A DNA stretch of 63,401 nt, the filler included, from Globobulimina sp. (lineage: Eukaryota), in assembly GCA_003354225.1 (NCBI GenBank). It is 49 parts of 49 records of this genome, joined end to end, with 100 filler letters (N's around TTAATTAATTAA, not from the genome) between each part and the next. Parts side by side here need not be neighbours in the genome. Positions count along the whole stretch, not along the records: positions 36,300 to 37,495 come from PIVH01021208.1; positions 37,596 to 38,791 come from PIVH01021209.1; positions 38,892 to 40,087 come from PIVH01021210.1; positions 40,188 to 41,383 come from PIVH01021211.1; positions 41,484 to 42,679 come from PIVH01021212.1; positions 42,780 to 43,975 come from PIVH01021213.1; positions 44,076 to 45,271 come from PIVH01021214.1; positions 45,372 to 46,566 come from PIVH01021215.1; 41 more parts are not named here. One strand, given 5' to 3'. The notes under the pieces were generated by a model. The model worked only from the letters and a program-made list of their open reading frames with translations, was not told where the DNA came from and made no database searches. Below are positions 36,592-49,422 of the stretch, piece after piece; the first letter of the stretch is position 1, and each line of letters begins with the position of its first letter. Position numbers and translations under genes: made by a program.

Positions 36592-37495
36592 TTAGAAATC
36601 ACTTTTTTTTTTTGCCGTGGTTTGATATAATGGATTAATAATACAGCGACAAGCATCATTTGTGCAGTCATGGCATTTTAATGTATATTGTGTGGAATAA
36701 TTAATTTTGTCCTCAATATGTTGCTTTACAATATTTGCCAAACCATTTATAAATATTGGCGAATCATTCAAAGCATTGCTTCTTTGATAATTGTTGATGC
36801 CATGTTTATATTCAACATCCAATTCGTACAAAGTTTCAATATGGTCCGATGTAAACACAAATGGTATTACCAATACATTTCTGTATATTTTCTTATTCCC
36901 AACGCTTTTAATAACATCTTGTGTGGATGGGGTCATCCATGGCAAAAACCCAACTTTCGATTGCCAGCATAATTGATAATGTGGCACATTTAAATGATTT
37001 AAACCATCAATTTTTATATCACCATTTTTTAGTTTGGTTGAAAGTTTATCCATAACCATTTCCACTGTACTTGACACTTGAAAAACATATGGATCTCCTT
37101 TGGATACTGTTTTCATCGGAATTGAATGAGCAGAAAATATCAAACATACATTATCCCTCTCCTCCACAGTGAATTGGTGCATTGATTCTGCAATGTTCTG
37201 AACCAATGCATCGATATATCCATCATTCATAAACCATCTATCAATGATACTCCATTTGAATCTACTTTCCATTCCATTGGATATTAATTCTCTCCATAAA
37301 TTATTAAATGATGAACCTGCTGTATTGCAGCACCATTGTGGGTATTGAGAAAATCCAATCGCATGTTCTATGCCATCGGTGTCCATTTCTTTTAAGACCT
37401 ATAATCAATTTAAAAATGTAGCGTAAACAATAGAAATATAAAAAGATTGCAATACCTCCGAAGTTAATGGTTCAATGTATCTAAAACATGTATAT
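36592..37495 (-). CDS. hemH: Ferrochelatase (eukaryotic type with Cys-rich C-terminus), partial; intron 37399-37455
   Basis: FSQYPQ, FSAHSIP, GDPY, WQSKVG..W, FTSDHIETLYELD, CHDCTNDAC. Confidence 0.96.
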
Positions 37496-38891
37496 NNNNN
37501 NNNNNNNNNNNNNNNNNNNNNNNNNNNNNNNNNNNNNNNTTAATTAATTAANNNNNNNNNNNNNNNNNNNNNNNNNNNNNNNNNNNNNNNNNNNNAATAT
37601 TATTAGAATTTGAACGAAAAATCTTATGCGTTAAAATTATGTTCTCTCAAAGTGATAATAATGAAGAATTGACAGAAAATGTTATAATAGATGGTAAGTG
37701 TTCCACGATATTTTTTGGCCAGAGGAAGTCTACAGTAAGTAAATTACGGTACATCATACATGGGCATGGGGGTTTACCCCCCAGCGGGTAAAAATGGCCC
37801 AACCCCCTGGACCGATTTCCAAAAAAAAACCCCAGCGCCGATTTGGTGACCTTTTTCGGGCGGTATGGTACAGTACATACAGCTAGTGTGTTGTACATAC
37901 TGTTTAGTATATTTTTATTTCAGTTTATTACTTTTGAAAGATCATTTTGAAACAAGTCAAGCCCAAATGTGTTGGAGCTGCCATGTACGTTTTTATAATG
38001 TTTTTTCACCCCAAAATTTTTCGAATCCCCTTGGAGGAATTTGTCCTGTTCCATACACTGTACCATATTTTGTTTGAAACTATTATTATTTCAAGGCTAC
38101 TTTCCAAAAAACACCTTTGTTGCGCCAGAGGACATGGCAATCGCTCACAAAGAAAGGTTTTGGAACCCTGGACAAAAATGTTACTCTTCTCCTAAGAATT
38201 TACAGACAAGATTGACCCATGCACGTTACAATTGTATTATGGCAAGATATCCATATTATTCGATTAACTGGCTACACATTTCACCTGACACACGTCGACA
38301 ATTGACGGCTGAACATAAACGTCATTTATGGGAACAGCTTGGAATAGAAATATAAACATTCTTGTTTAGTTGATTTGGCCATTTACCATGATTTTTTGTT
38401 ATTCGTATGTACAAATATAATACTTTGTTGTGTTATAATAAAGTTATTATTTAGGGTCGTACATTTAATTTTTAAATTTTGTCAATTATATGGATACGAG
38501 TGTGGTGATACGAGTTATGAAATATTTGTTAACTTTGTTGTTAGGTGGTAATATCAATTGTGTACTTTTATCGTTTTGAGTAAAAAAATCTATTTAAATT
38601 TTTTAGAATAAGATGTATTTCTTTGCTGCCGAAGTCAGATTCCGTGCGTCATTTCATTTGTTGCCGGGCGCAGACACAACTGTACTATTTGACAGCTTGG
38701 AGCGCATTTTTCATCGGAGCGCGGAGCGCATTTTAGTAGATGCCAAAAAAATATTTTTGCAGTAGAGGCGATCGCTAAATCGAGCGGTGCANNNNNNNNN
38801 NNNNNNNNNNNNNNNNNNNNNNNNNNNNNNNNNNNTTAATTAATTAANNNNNNNNNNNNNNNNNNNNNNNNNNNNNNNNNNNNNNNNNNNN

Positions 38892-39263
38892 GGCGGAGGC
38901 ATATTTTGATGGTATTTTTGTTGATTGGTTGTCTTTTTTTTTATTCAAACCGGATAATATATCATTAAACATACACATTGTCGCTTGGAACATAGTGTCA
39001 TTTGTTGTGGTTTTACATCCAATGCCACGATTATCGTTTTTATAATTACTTTTTACATGATTTGTGTTGCCTTGTTTGTTTCTGCCGAGTCCATCACCTT
39101 TGCTCCAGCCGCATTTATTCATGTATTTCAAACCAAAGTTATTGCGCTCCTTCTCTTCTTCCCAAAATTTATCACCATGCCGAGTACCATAAGAACGTAG
39201 GTTTGAACGCATGCGCTTCTTTTTTTTGCTGCGTTCACTACTTTCAAGCGTTATCATCGGCAT
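38892..39263 (-). CDS. PINX1: G-patch protein PINX1/Pxr1-like N-terminus
   Basis: W....NNFGLKYMNKCGWSKGDGLG..QG..K.DNRGIG..FNDILSGLN. Confidence 0.75.
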
Positions 39264-39382
39264 GTTTTGATAAGAGTTTTTAATTTATGAGGTGATAGGA
39301 GCTACTCAGTGAAAGCTGTCAAACGAAATGGACGAATTACCAAATATGGGTTTTCACGGAGTACACTACAGTCATCATTTAT

Positions 39383-39745
39383 TTATACTTGACTCAATTC
39401 TGTGACTCTGATGGTTTTATTTACATTATGTATTTCATTTTGACAATGACTAATTTGCAGCATCCATTGAATCATATCATCAATCGAACTGGCTTCAAAT
39501 ACTCTTTTGTCTCTTGTTGATGTTGAAACCAATTCAAATTCATAATGTTTGCAGGACTTTGCTCTGATTACTTTATCATATGCTGATAAATTAAATATTT
39601 CTGTAGCATTTTGTTCAATCTCACCTGTCTTAATTTGCCTTGTATATGATACTAATTTGTCAACACTCAGCACCATCCATCTCTTTCTCGAATGTTTCAA
39701 ATGCATTGATTGTTTGAATAAAAATCCTTCTTTTCTTATTTCCAT
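39383..39745 (-). CDS. PH-domain protein
   Basis: RKEGFLFKQS..RKRWMVL..FEL..RVFEASSIDDMIQW. Confidence 0.85.
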   Translation of the reverse strand: MEIRKEGFLFKQSMHLKHSRKRWMVLSVDKLVSYTRQIKTGEIEQNATEIFNLSAYDKVIRAKSCKHYEFELVSTSTRDKRVFEASSIDDMIQWMLQISHCQNEIHNVNKTIRVTELSQV

Positions 39746-39827
39746 TTTTAATTATAATGTTTCTCTGCAGTTTGTATTGTTTTTCAGACTTTGAAATTTC
39801 AGCTGAAAATCTTTGCTGTTCCTCATC

Positions 39828-40087
39828 ATGTCACATTTTTCATCCTTAGCACGTGCACGTAAATCATTGTTCACCTGTTCCAGAAACACTATCATTCAAT
39901 GCACGCACACCCGAACCACACGAATAACCACAGAATCCACGCGTAAATTCAGCAACAACAACAACGACGATTCAGACGGCAATAATGATAGCACCTTCAT
40001 CTCCGATAATTGGTCAGATCCATCACAACGAAGCATTAAATCCGTCGAAGAGTTATCAGAATATGGTAAACATTTATTGTGTGGTTC
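39828..40087 (+). CDS. Protein N-terminus with mitochondrial-presequence-like composition
   Basis: R/S/T-rich, acid-poor leader ending RKFS. Confidence 0.4.
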
Positions 40088-40586
40088 NNNNNNNNNNNNN
40101 NNNNNNNNNNNNNNNNNNNNNNNNNNNNNNNTTAATTAATTAANNNNNNNNNNNNNNNNNNNNNNNNNNNNNNNNNNNNNNNNNNNNCTCCAATACACCA
40201 ACAAAAGCCATTCCGTACGCAAGTTGTTTCGCTCTGTGCCATATTGGGCCGTGGAGAGCCATGAATTTACGGACATAAAAGCGTGTTCTCGACATTCACT
40301 TGCTTGCACACTTACGAAATTTCAGTTAAATTCAACAAATTTGAATTAAAAAAAAAAGAGTCACTGTAGAATCTGCTGTACTGAGCCTAGTGGTCACAGC
40401 TGGATACCACTCGTAATTACAACTGCCTCTATCCATTCTTATGAAGGGTTAAAATATCTCTTTCATTCAATATACATTCTAAATGTACAGTTTGCATTAC
40501 TTTGCAATCATATACAAAATATCGACCAGGTGTTGGGTTATCTATAAAATGAGTAATTTGTGCAACACTTAAAAACTGTTTTAACA

Positions 40587-41383
40587 ATGAACACAGAATC
40601 TGCTCAATTATTGTCACATAAAAGTGGTAAAAAAGGGAATAGAAATATCATAGTAATCTGTGTAGCTTTGATAATTGTCGCTGGATTAAGCTTTGGCATT
40701 GGTTATTTTGTTGGAACACTAGAAACGAAAGATTCATCTTCAGATCATTTTAATATTGTCGATACATTGGATATTGCAATTATTGGCGGTGGGGCATCCG
40801 GAATATATCAAGCATATAATTTGAGAGAAAACAATCCTGAATTATCACTAAAAATATTTGAAAAATTATCACGAATCGGCGGCAGACAATTTTCATCTCA
40901 TTTACATGTTGTTGATGAAGATGATAATATATTGCGATCCATTCATTTTGAGAACGTCGCAATGAGATTTAGACAAAATCAAAATTTAACATTACAATTA
41001 TTATCATATTTAGATTTATGCGATGATATTGCACCATTTGCACAAATTAATAATCCGATAGAAATATCAAATTATTTTAGAAATAGTTTTTTAAATAACC
41101 GAAATAACAGAACTTATACGGATATTTACAATGTATCGCCTGAGGAAAGACTATATGTGAATGGCAGTATTAGTTTTTGGGACAAAATATTTGATGAAAT
41201 AATAGAAGAAAATGGAAATATTATTCCTCAAACATTGAATGAGTGGGAAGCATTTAGAGTTAATTATACATATAAAGGTAAAAAGTTATATAAATGGTCG
41301 CAAAGAGCCGTACTTTCAGTAAACAACGCTTCCACTGAATTAGTATCATATTTCTACCGTGTTGCCACAATGAGTCCCAATCC
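40587..41383 (+). CDS. Membrane-anchored flavin amine oxidase / L-amino-acid oxidase-like protein, 3' partial
   Basis: TM helix, then DIAIIGGGASG..IFEK..RIGGR..ENVAMRF. Confidence 0.8.
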
Positions 41384-41483
41384 NNNNNNNNNNNNNNNNN
41401 NNNNNNNNNNNNNNNNNNNNNNNNNNNTTAATTAATTAANNNNNNNNNNNNNNNNNNNNNNNNNNNNNNNNNNNNNNNNNNNN

Positions 41484-42104
41484 TAAAAACCAGGTTATTC
41501 GCCAGACAATAAATATGCACAAAATATGTATGACATTGATAAATATCAAAATATAGCCAATTATATTGATGATGCCCAATGGAGCAAATAACAAATGTAG
41601 ATTTTCGCCAATATTCGTAAAATGAATATTAAAAAATGCCACATCTTCCTGTATGTTTTCGCAAAATGAAAAGACCAAAACGCACACCAACACCATATGA
41701 ATATACCCAAATAAGATGGGGAATTTATAATAATTATTCGCGTCAATGTCTCGAATATATTGATAATAACACATGGATTTATACGGAGTTGGCTCATATT
41801 TTATAATTTTATACCATAACAATGAAGGAAATAAACCCGGCACAGCCTCTTGTATCGATAATACGCGCCGAGAGGTAAAGAAGTCGTCCATACGGTGTTC
41901 GGTTTTAAATCCATTCTCAAATTGATATCTATGAAAGGAATAATATAAATCAGCGGGAAATATCAAATTTAATAAGCCATAGATAAATTGTCCGGGAATG
42001 GTGGGTGGTAATAACTTCTCAATGTCTTGAAACCAGACTAATTTGTCTTTGATTCGGGAATTAAAATACGAATAACTCATTTCTGGATTATCACTATACT
42101 CCAA
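41484..42104 (-). CDS. Hypothetical membrane protein fragment
   Basis: Open frame with two hydrophobic helices. Confidence 0.45.
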
Positions 42105-42779
42105 ATAATAGGAACGACTGAATTCTTGTTGTTTCTTCTTAAATGTACTGATTCTCTTATTACTACTATTCAGAGTAACACTTTTTTCACTTTTTTCTCT
42201 TTTTTGTTTGTGTGTATCTGGAAAGCCGCCATAACCAAACGCTCCGTATCTGAGAGAGGATAAGATGAATAGGCATATTTGTACAATGTGTTGTGTGAAT
42301 GTTGTGTATGTACATATTTAAAACAAACTGTTTCTTGTACTAAGAAACTGCACTGAAACAAATACTATGAAACAGCAAGGACCAGGAAACACACACAAAC
42401 TCTTTATGTTCAACACAACTCAGTCAACAAACTGAAGCTGATTTTTTAATCTTATTTTTTAAAATATAAACGAAAACCACTGTTCGCGGCTCTCTCTAAG
42501 CAGCAATGGCACAAAAGCCCAACGCTGTGCAAACACCAAACACAAATGGCAATCAACAAAAGAGGGACCGCCACAGTCAAAGAGTCGACACACCCACTCA
42601 TTTGTGTCAATAACATAGTATATACTGAGAAACAGAGAACATAGCCTCTGAAAACAGAGAAAAAGAAAAAAAGGAAAGANNNNNNNNNNNNNNNNNNNNN
42701 NNNNNNNNNNNNNNNNNNNNNNNTTAATTAATTAANNNNNNNNNNNNNNNNNNNNNNNNNNNNNNNNNNNNNNNNNNNN

Positions 42780-43146
42780 CCGAAGCTATAAAATGTTCAT
42801 TTTGCAAATCATACAATAATAAATTGATTCCATTGTCATGTAAAAATATGTAAATTATATTGCCAATCACTGTAAAACATTGGTTCTTACATGTTATCTT
42901 TGCGATGTTTGTGTTGATTTGAAGAAATGTATTATTCTCATCTTGTGATTTATAAATCTCAGTTGATGCTTCCTTATCATCTGTAATACCGCCAATTAGG
43001 TAAATACTATCATTGTAGATTACGGATATATGGTTAAATAAATTCAAGGGCAATTCCAGTCCGTATGTTTTAAATGATACATTTTGTCCATTGATTACGG
43101 ATAAATTGATAATTAAATAGACTAAAGTTGCTATACAAGCAGACAT
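42780..43146 (-). CDS. Secreted Kelch-repeat-like protein N-terminus
   Basis: Signal peptide; H.SVIYNDSIYLIGG. Confidence 0.6.
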
Positions 43147-43311
43147 CTCTCAGACTCAGAAGATTTTCTAGGATACGTTGGACATAATTATTGTCGAGCC
43201 ATTCAAAACAGTATAGCTAATTATTAATATCAGGAACACAAAAAAAGAAACGGGAGAAACACTTGAAACATAATAATACAAAACAAGACATATAAATATA
43301 CAGTGAACATA

Positions 43312-43896
43312 TCAAACAATAAGAGACAATGTTTTATTATGGTTCTTCTTTGGAGGACCTAAAATGATGGATTTGCTGGATGCATTGCCCACAGATTTAT
43401 GTGGTCTATGAGCTCTGGCCGATTTAGTCGATTTAGTTGATTTATTCGACCTCCGTGAGTTAATTCTTTGCGTTTGAGCCCTAACAATCTGCGTCGATGA
43501 CGCTCGTTTCCTATCCGAATTTACTACAATATTCATATGATGAGCTGTTATTATATCCGCCACACTTGCCCCGCGAGCCGATTTTGGTGTAATATGAGGT
43601 GTAAGACCCGGCGAATATGAAGTTATAATATTTGCCGGAAGCCGAATACTTCCACTTCCAACACCGGACACATTGCTCACAGACACTTCCGGTCTAAACA
43701 TCGGACTCATATTTGGGCTCATGTTCGGAGCCACACTCGGAGTGGATTTAGGCGCACTAAGATCAATGGTCGCACTTTTCTTCTTCTTCATTTTCTGAGC
43801 AAACGTATGCGCCAAATTCTTCATCTTAGTCCTCCATTGTTTGGGTGCTTTGGTTAAATGGCTGTAGATATATTTCAACGCAGAGTCCTGATTCAA
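43312..43896 (-). CDS. Ser/Lys-rich disordered C-terminal fragment
   Basis: 194-aa open frame. Confidence 0.4.
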   Translation of the reverse strand: MNQDSALKYIYSHLTKAPKQWRTKMKNLAHTFAQKMKKKKSATIDLSAPKSTPSVAPNMSPNMSPMFRPEVSVSNVSGVGSGSIRLPANIITSYSPGLTPHITPKSARGASVADIITAHHMNIVVNSDRKRASSTQIVRAQTQRINSRRSNKSTKSTKSARAHRPHKSVGNASSKSIILGPPKKNHNKTLSLIV

Positions 43897-45371
43897 ATCT
43901 AATTTCAGTGATTCGCGTATAAACTCTTAAATGTCGTTCGATTTACAACGAAACGCGAATGCAGCGCGTGCCAAANNNNNNNNNNNNNNNNNNNNNNNNN
44001 NNNNNNNNNNNNNNNNNNNTTAATTAATTAANNNNNNNNNNNNNNNNNNNNNNNNNNNNNNNNNNNNNNNNNNNNCACCATTGTATCATTACCACCCCCT
44101 AAGTTGAAAAGATTGTTTGTTGGCTTCCCTAACAGTACAGATCATGATGATATATATTGGAAATTAAATTATAGAGAATATTTAGTTGTTAATTTTGAAC
44201 CACCATGTATAATTTATAATGCATTTCAGAAAAAAGACATGCTAGTTTACAAATCTATATATTTTCCGTGTGTTACTGTCCATTTATTTGATCCATTACT
44301 GTATGTAGGTGACATATGATAGATAATGTTATTTGTACATTAGGATTTGTGATTTTCAATGTTCTGGTATTGTATTGGGTTTTTCTTTTGTGGTATTCTT
44401 TTGTCTTTCAAGTGTTTATATTATTTTTTATCCATAATTATGAATTTTTGCATAAAGTTAAGAAATAATCCTCTTGTCTTGTTTGATAATATAGAATTGG
44501 TTTGGATATTCCATTCAGATACCTATAATGTTAATGATACCATTGGATGTTGATGTTGTATGTAATACATCTATCATTCATATACAGTTTTGTTAAACGT
44601 GTATGTACATGCAAGTGTAGTCCCATTTTGCAGGCCCAATCTGGTTCTTTCTTTTGCTCTGAGTGAGAATTGGTTTGGTGGTTGTATATACATCGCTATT
44701 CTGCAGTGGTGGTGGATTTCCGTGGAGGATTTCTCAATTTGGATTTTATTAGCTGAGGTAAGATAAGCTTTTGTTGCATCGCAGTGAAAATACTACATTA
44801 CTGGATAGATGATGCAAGATATAACGAAGCTATGCAAGATACGCATACTACTGTAGTGTCAAGCAGAAAAGTTTATTAACAGTCAGTTGTACAGTTGCTA
44901 AATAATCGCTGCCTGCACAGGAATGTACTGTATTACTTCCTACTGAATATACTGTATTACATAAGTGAATACTGTACATATATTTAATATGATATACAAT
45001 ATACTCATGCACATCTTGCATAAATTTTTGCAAGTTGCATCAGTAGATGGAATATACATACTGCTGTGTGTGTAACAACATAGTGTGATATGTAATATGT
45101 AGTCAAGTATCACTGCAGTGTAAATACGACACTTGGAAGTGTAATGTGTCATATGTCATAAGTACATCAATATGGCATATTCGTGTGCACATCTTGCATA
45201 AACTTTTGCAAGTTGTATCATTAGATTATAAGAAGCAATATATGTACTACTGCCATGTACATGATGATGTTNNNNNNNNNNNNNNNNNNNNNNNNNNNNN
45301 NNNNNNNNNNNNNNNTTAATTAATTAANNNNNNNNNNNNNNNNNNNNNNNNNNNNNNNNNNNNNNNNNNNN

Positions 45372-45743
45372 GTATTTGATGAAGGAGATGATATATCGGA
45401 GAGTGAGGTGGATGACGACGACGAGAGTCATTCTATTATTTATATGGATTCTGACAGTAAAGATATTGACAGTGATGAAGATGAGAGGGATGAAAGTAAC
45501 ATGAAATATGTGAGACAGTATAAAGGGAATGATAGTGAGGATAATGTGGATAGGAATAGTTATTCTGCGTTATTTGATTATAATGGAGGACAAATATCAA
45601 ATGAATTGATGTTTAAAAGGAATGATGAAATCATTGTTGATGATGCAAAACAAAATGGTTTATATTTGCATGGATTTAAATCGAATGAACCTAGTGATAA
45701 AGGATGGTTTCCCAATTCCTATGTTAAACAGAATGGATTGTGA
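45372..45743 (+). CDS. SH3-domain protein C-terminus
   Basis: ALFDY..NELMFKRNDEI..GWFPNSYV. Confidence 0.85.
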   Translation, partial: VFDEGDDISESEVDDDDESHSIIYMDSDSKDIDSDEDERDESNMKYVRQYKGNDSEDNVDRNSYSALFDYNGGQISNELMFKRNDEIIVDDAKQNGLYLHGFKSNEPSDKGWFPNSYVKQNGL

Positions 45744-45847
45744 GTTGAACGCGAATTAGCGGACGTGCAAAATGCATTTTTTGCTTAATTATCGAAAAAA
45801 CTATTTAGAGTAAAAAATATTATTATTTTCAAAAATCGTTTTAGACA

Positions 45848-46566
45848 ATGAAACGTAACCTATCTCGCGATTATTCAGATGTCGCAGACGCTTTGCTAGA
45901 TGATGGCCATGATGCATCATCTTCAGTGCATGTAGAATTAACGCGGGAATCAAATGGTGCGCCTAAGCTGCAGCAAGAATTACATTCCAATTCACAGTCA
46001 CAACAAGCACAATATGGCTCTACCATTACAGCAGCATCAGCCACAATTGATGAGGAGAAAGTGGATGATTACATTCTTAAAACATTAATGGATGATTATG
46101 GTAATGAATACAGGCAAAGAGAAAAAACAGGAACACTGTTTTCATCAACATTGAATTTGTCAAATACAGTAATTGGCGCAGGAATATTAGGTGCTATGTT
46201 TGAGCTGTTTTAATTAATAAAGTCATTGAATATATATAGATTTATTCTAATTAAAACAGCTTAAAAATAACACTATATATTAGGGATTCCATCAGCAATC
46301 AGAAACAGTGGGTATATTATGGGAATATTATTATTTTCAACATTTGCAACCATTGCGGCATATACAATGCATTTAACAATGTGTGTTGCTCTATGCGTTG
46401 AATATTCATCCTACGACGTATTATGTCGAGCGACAGTGCCGCAATTGAAGAAATTTGCAGATTTAGCAGTTGGGTTTGCGTGTTGGGGAGTTTGCGTCGC
46501 ATACTTTGTTGTGATTGGCGATTCAATGGATTTGGCAATGATCGAATTCTTAAGTGCAACCGATCA
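45848..46566 (+). CDS. Amino-acid transporter (Aa_trans/SLC38-like); intron 46191-46283
   Basis: SSTLNLSNTVIGAGILG|IPSA..G; SSY..L; GVCVAYFVVIGD. Confidence 0.9.
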
Positions 46567-46666
46567 NNNNNNNNNNNNNNNNNNNNNNNNNNNNNNNNNN
46601 NNNNNNNNNNTTAATTAATTAANNNNNNNNNNNNNNNNNNNNNNNNNNNNNNNNNNNNNNNNNNNN

Positions 46667-47861
46667 GTTTCCAATGTTTTAAAATTGTAACTAAGCCTAA
46701 TAATTCATACAATTCGCCCAATATTTTATATCGTACATTAATATAACAAATATTGCTAAATTCGCGTAAGGTTAATCTGCGAGATGAGGACACCGATATA
46801 ATTGCGTTATTTACGTCTTCCATTAATCCCTCAATACGGACTAATGTAATAATAATAATTAATAAACAAACGATTGTTTTCAATAAATACCAGGCATCCA
46901 AACAACTATATTTTGCGTGATACACAATTAATTCTCTGATTCCAAACCGCAAATCTGGCCTTTTCTCCGATTTTCTATGCTTCCAATGATATCCTAACAA
47001 TTGTTTTAAGTGCGAGATCAATTCCATGCCATGAAATATTAACATTATAAGTATGCCAAACACCACAAATATATCGGCAAAACATTTCAAAAACATACGA
47101 CGTATTGATCCATGCACAGCGTCTTGTGATTTGTAGGTAATATATCCGCTAAAACATTTCTTTTGGTTTTGAATCTCAATTCGTTCCCTTTGTTTCTTCA
47201 CATCTCGCATCAAATAATCTGATATGGAACGAATTGTATTTAATTTGTTATCCAATGATTCATCAATTTGCGAAACATTTTGATTGATTTTTTCCAAAAT
47301 AACAGACCGTACCACTTCGTCACTATTTTGTTTAATATACGTTTCGACATTGCTTTGTATTCTTAATATGGTATAATACAATTTATCTCTTTGTAAAATC
47401 AAATATTTATTCCATAATTGATCTAAATGTAATATATTCGATAAATTAGAACCACCAAATAAGTGTTTCTCTGACTGTTTAATAATATCTTTAATTGAGA
47501 TTAAAAACATCGGAATATCGGATTCATTCATTTTATTTGCTTCGTCATTTAATTCTCTCCATTGATTTTGGATAATTTCCCAAAAATTATCCCATATATT
47601 TTGTCTGTTTTCCATCTCTCTGTTGTTTGGATCAAACGATTTTTTCATAATATCATTGGCAGAACGCACCAATATTAATTCACGAAAACGTGACAAAAAA
47701 ATACATGAATACTCCACCATGGCAATACATCGCCGGGCTACTTTCTGATTTCTATACACCGGATGCTGTCGTAATTGGTACGTTAACACAGCTCCTCTCC
47801 ACGGCAATAACCAGGTGAATACATATAAGATAATGTGTGGTATATCATATAAGCAGGCGAT
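46667..47861 (-). CDS. Membrane protein, possibly polycystin/TRP-channel-like, fragment
   Basis: Coiled region followed by TM helices with a DAW-type motif. Confidence 0.4.
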
Positions 47862-47961
47862 NNNNNNNNNNNNNNNNNNNNNNNNNNNNNNNNNNNNNNN
47901 NNNNNTTAATTAATTAANNNNNNNNNNNNNNNNNNNNNNNNNNNNNNNNNNNNNNNNNNNN

Positions 47962-49156
47962 AATTCAATTGATATAAAAGAATTTGATGATGATGATGAG
48001 GATTTTGATATGTTGTTCCATAGAGCGCCTTCAAAACATCCAAAAACTCCTAACACTCCAAAAAATCCCAGCTCTCCAAAACCATCCAATAAACCTAAAT
48101 CAACACAACCCAATGCAAAAAAAGCAATACACAAAAAAATCAAAAGAAACCAAACATTTACCCCTCAGCAAATTACTAATTATAGAATTATGGCTCTACA
48201 AAATAATATCGTAAAATGTTATAGTGAATCAGAATTAAATTACAAAACATTAACCGAACTTCTTAGTATATCTAATAAATGGGGAATTCGCTTAAAATCA
48301 AGTAAAAAAAAAAGTCTGATTCAACAAATTTATAATCATCGGCGCAATCAGCCTTGGTTTATGGCATATATTCAAAAATATTCAAATCCCAAACCACCGC
48401 CAACTAAGAAACGTAGAATTACTTCAATTATTTCCCCAAAATCTGCAAAAACTCCAAAACCCTCCAAATCTTCAATACCTCCAAGAACTCACAAATCTCC
48501 CAAAACTACAAAATCAGCAAAGTTTCAAAATCTCAAAAGCTCTTTCAAAATCAGTAAATTAACTAAACAGCAGAGATATGAACTTACAGCTAAAGGTAAA
48601 GCCAGGAAAAAAAAATATGCGGCATCAAAAAATGCTAAAAAAATAATTAAAAAAGCAAAACAAAAATATGCTGCATCAAAAAAGGGTAAAGAAAGCCAAA
48701 AAAAATATGCGGGCGCTAAAAAAGGTAAAGAACGCAAAACAAAATATGCCGCTTCAAAACTAGGTAAAGAAAGCCAAAAAAAATATGAGGGCACTAAAAA
48801 AGGTAAAGAGCGCAAAACAAAATATGCAAATAATAATAAAAAAAAACAATTGCAAGATTATTTTGTAATCGATGAGTGGCAATTATATCAAAAGTACCAG
48901 GGAATTTTAAAACATGAATTTGATGCTGATGATTTAATTAATTTGAGCATGCAAGAAATAAAAAAAACATTTCGATTAAGAACAACTGGCGCAGTTGCCA
49001 ATGAGTCTGCGTTACAGATAAAACGGTCAATAATTGAAGAGACGATTAAATATATAAAAGCTAACCCTGACCCAGAATTATTTGAACCTGCACAGTCACA
49101 CATGACTCATTTCTTTGATAATTTTGAACCAAAAATCATTTTGCTCAAAATTTTGA
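47962..49156 (+). CDS. Very basic protein with HeH/SAP-like motif and KY..SKKGK repeats
   Basis: Open frame; about six repeats with mostly 14-aa spacing. Confidence 0.6.
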
Positions 49157-49422
49157 NNNNNNNNNNNNNNNNNNNNNNNNNNNNNNNNNNNNNNNNNNNN
49201 TTAATTAATTAANNNNNNNNNNNNNNNNNNNNNNNNNNNNNNNNNNNNNNNNNNNNGTGACATAACATGAGGATGCTCGTCAAATTCATTATTATTACAA
49301 TGTACTGCAGAATATAACCTATTTTCCTTCCAGCAATCAGTGAGCCTGGAGTCTGACTTACGTCCTGAATTCCTGATTGCATTTTGTACCACTACTACTA
49401 TCCAAAAAAGAATTACTGAAAA

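Noticed and set aside
37755..38791. Transposon with terminal inverted repeats
   Set aside because: GC-rich ends are suggestive, but the inverted match is too weak and there is no transposase
44076..44760. Degraded LINE endonuclease
   Set aside because: Frames examined are stop-ridden and no diagnostic motif is recoverable
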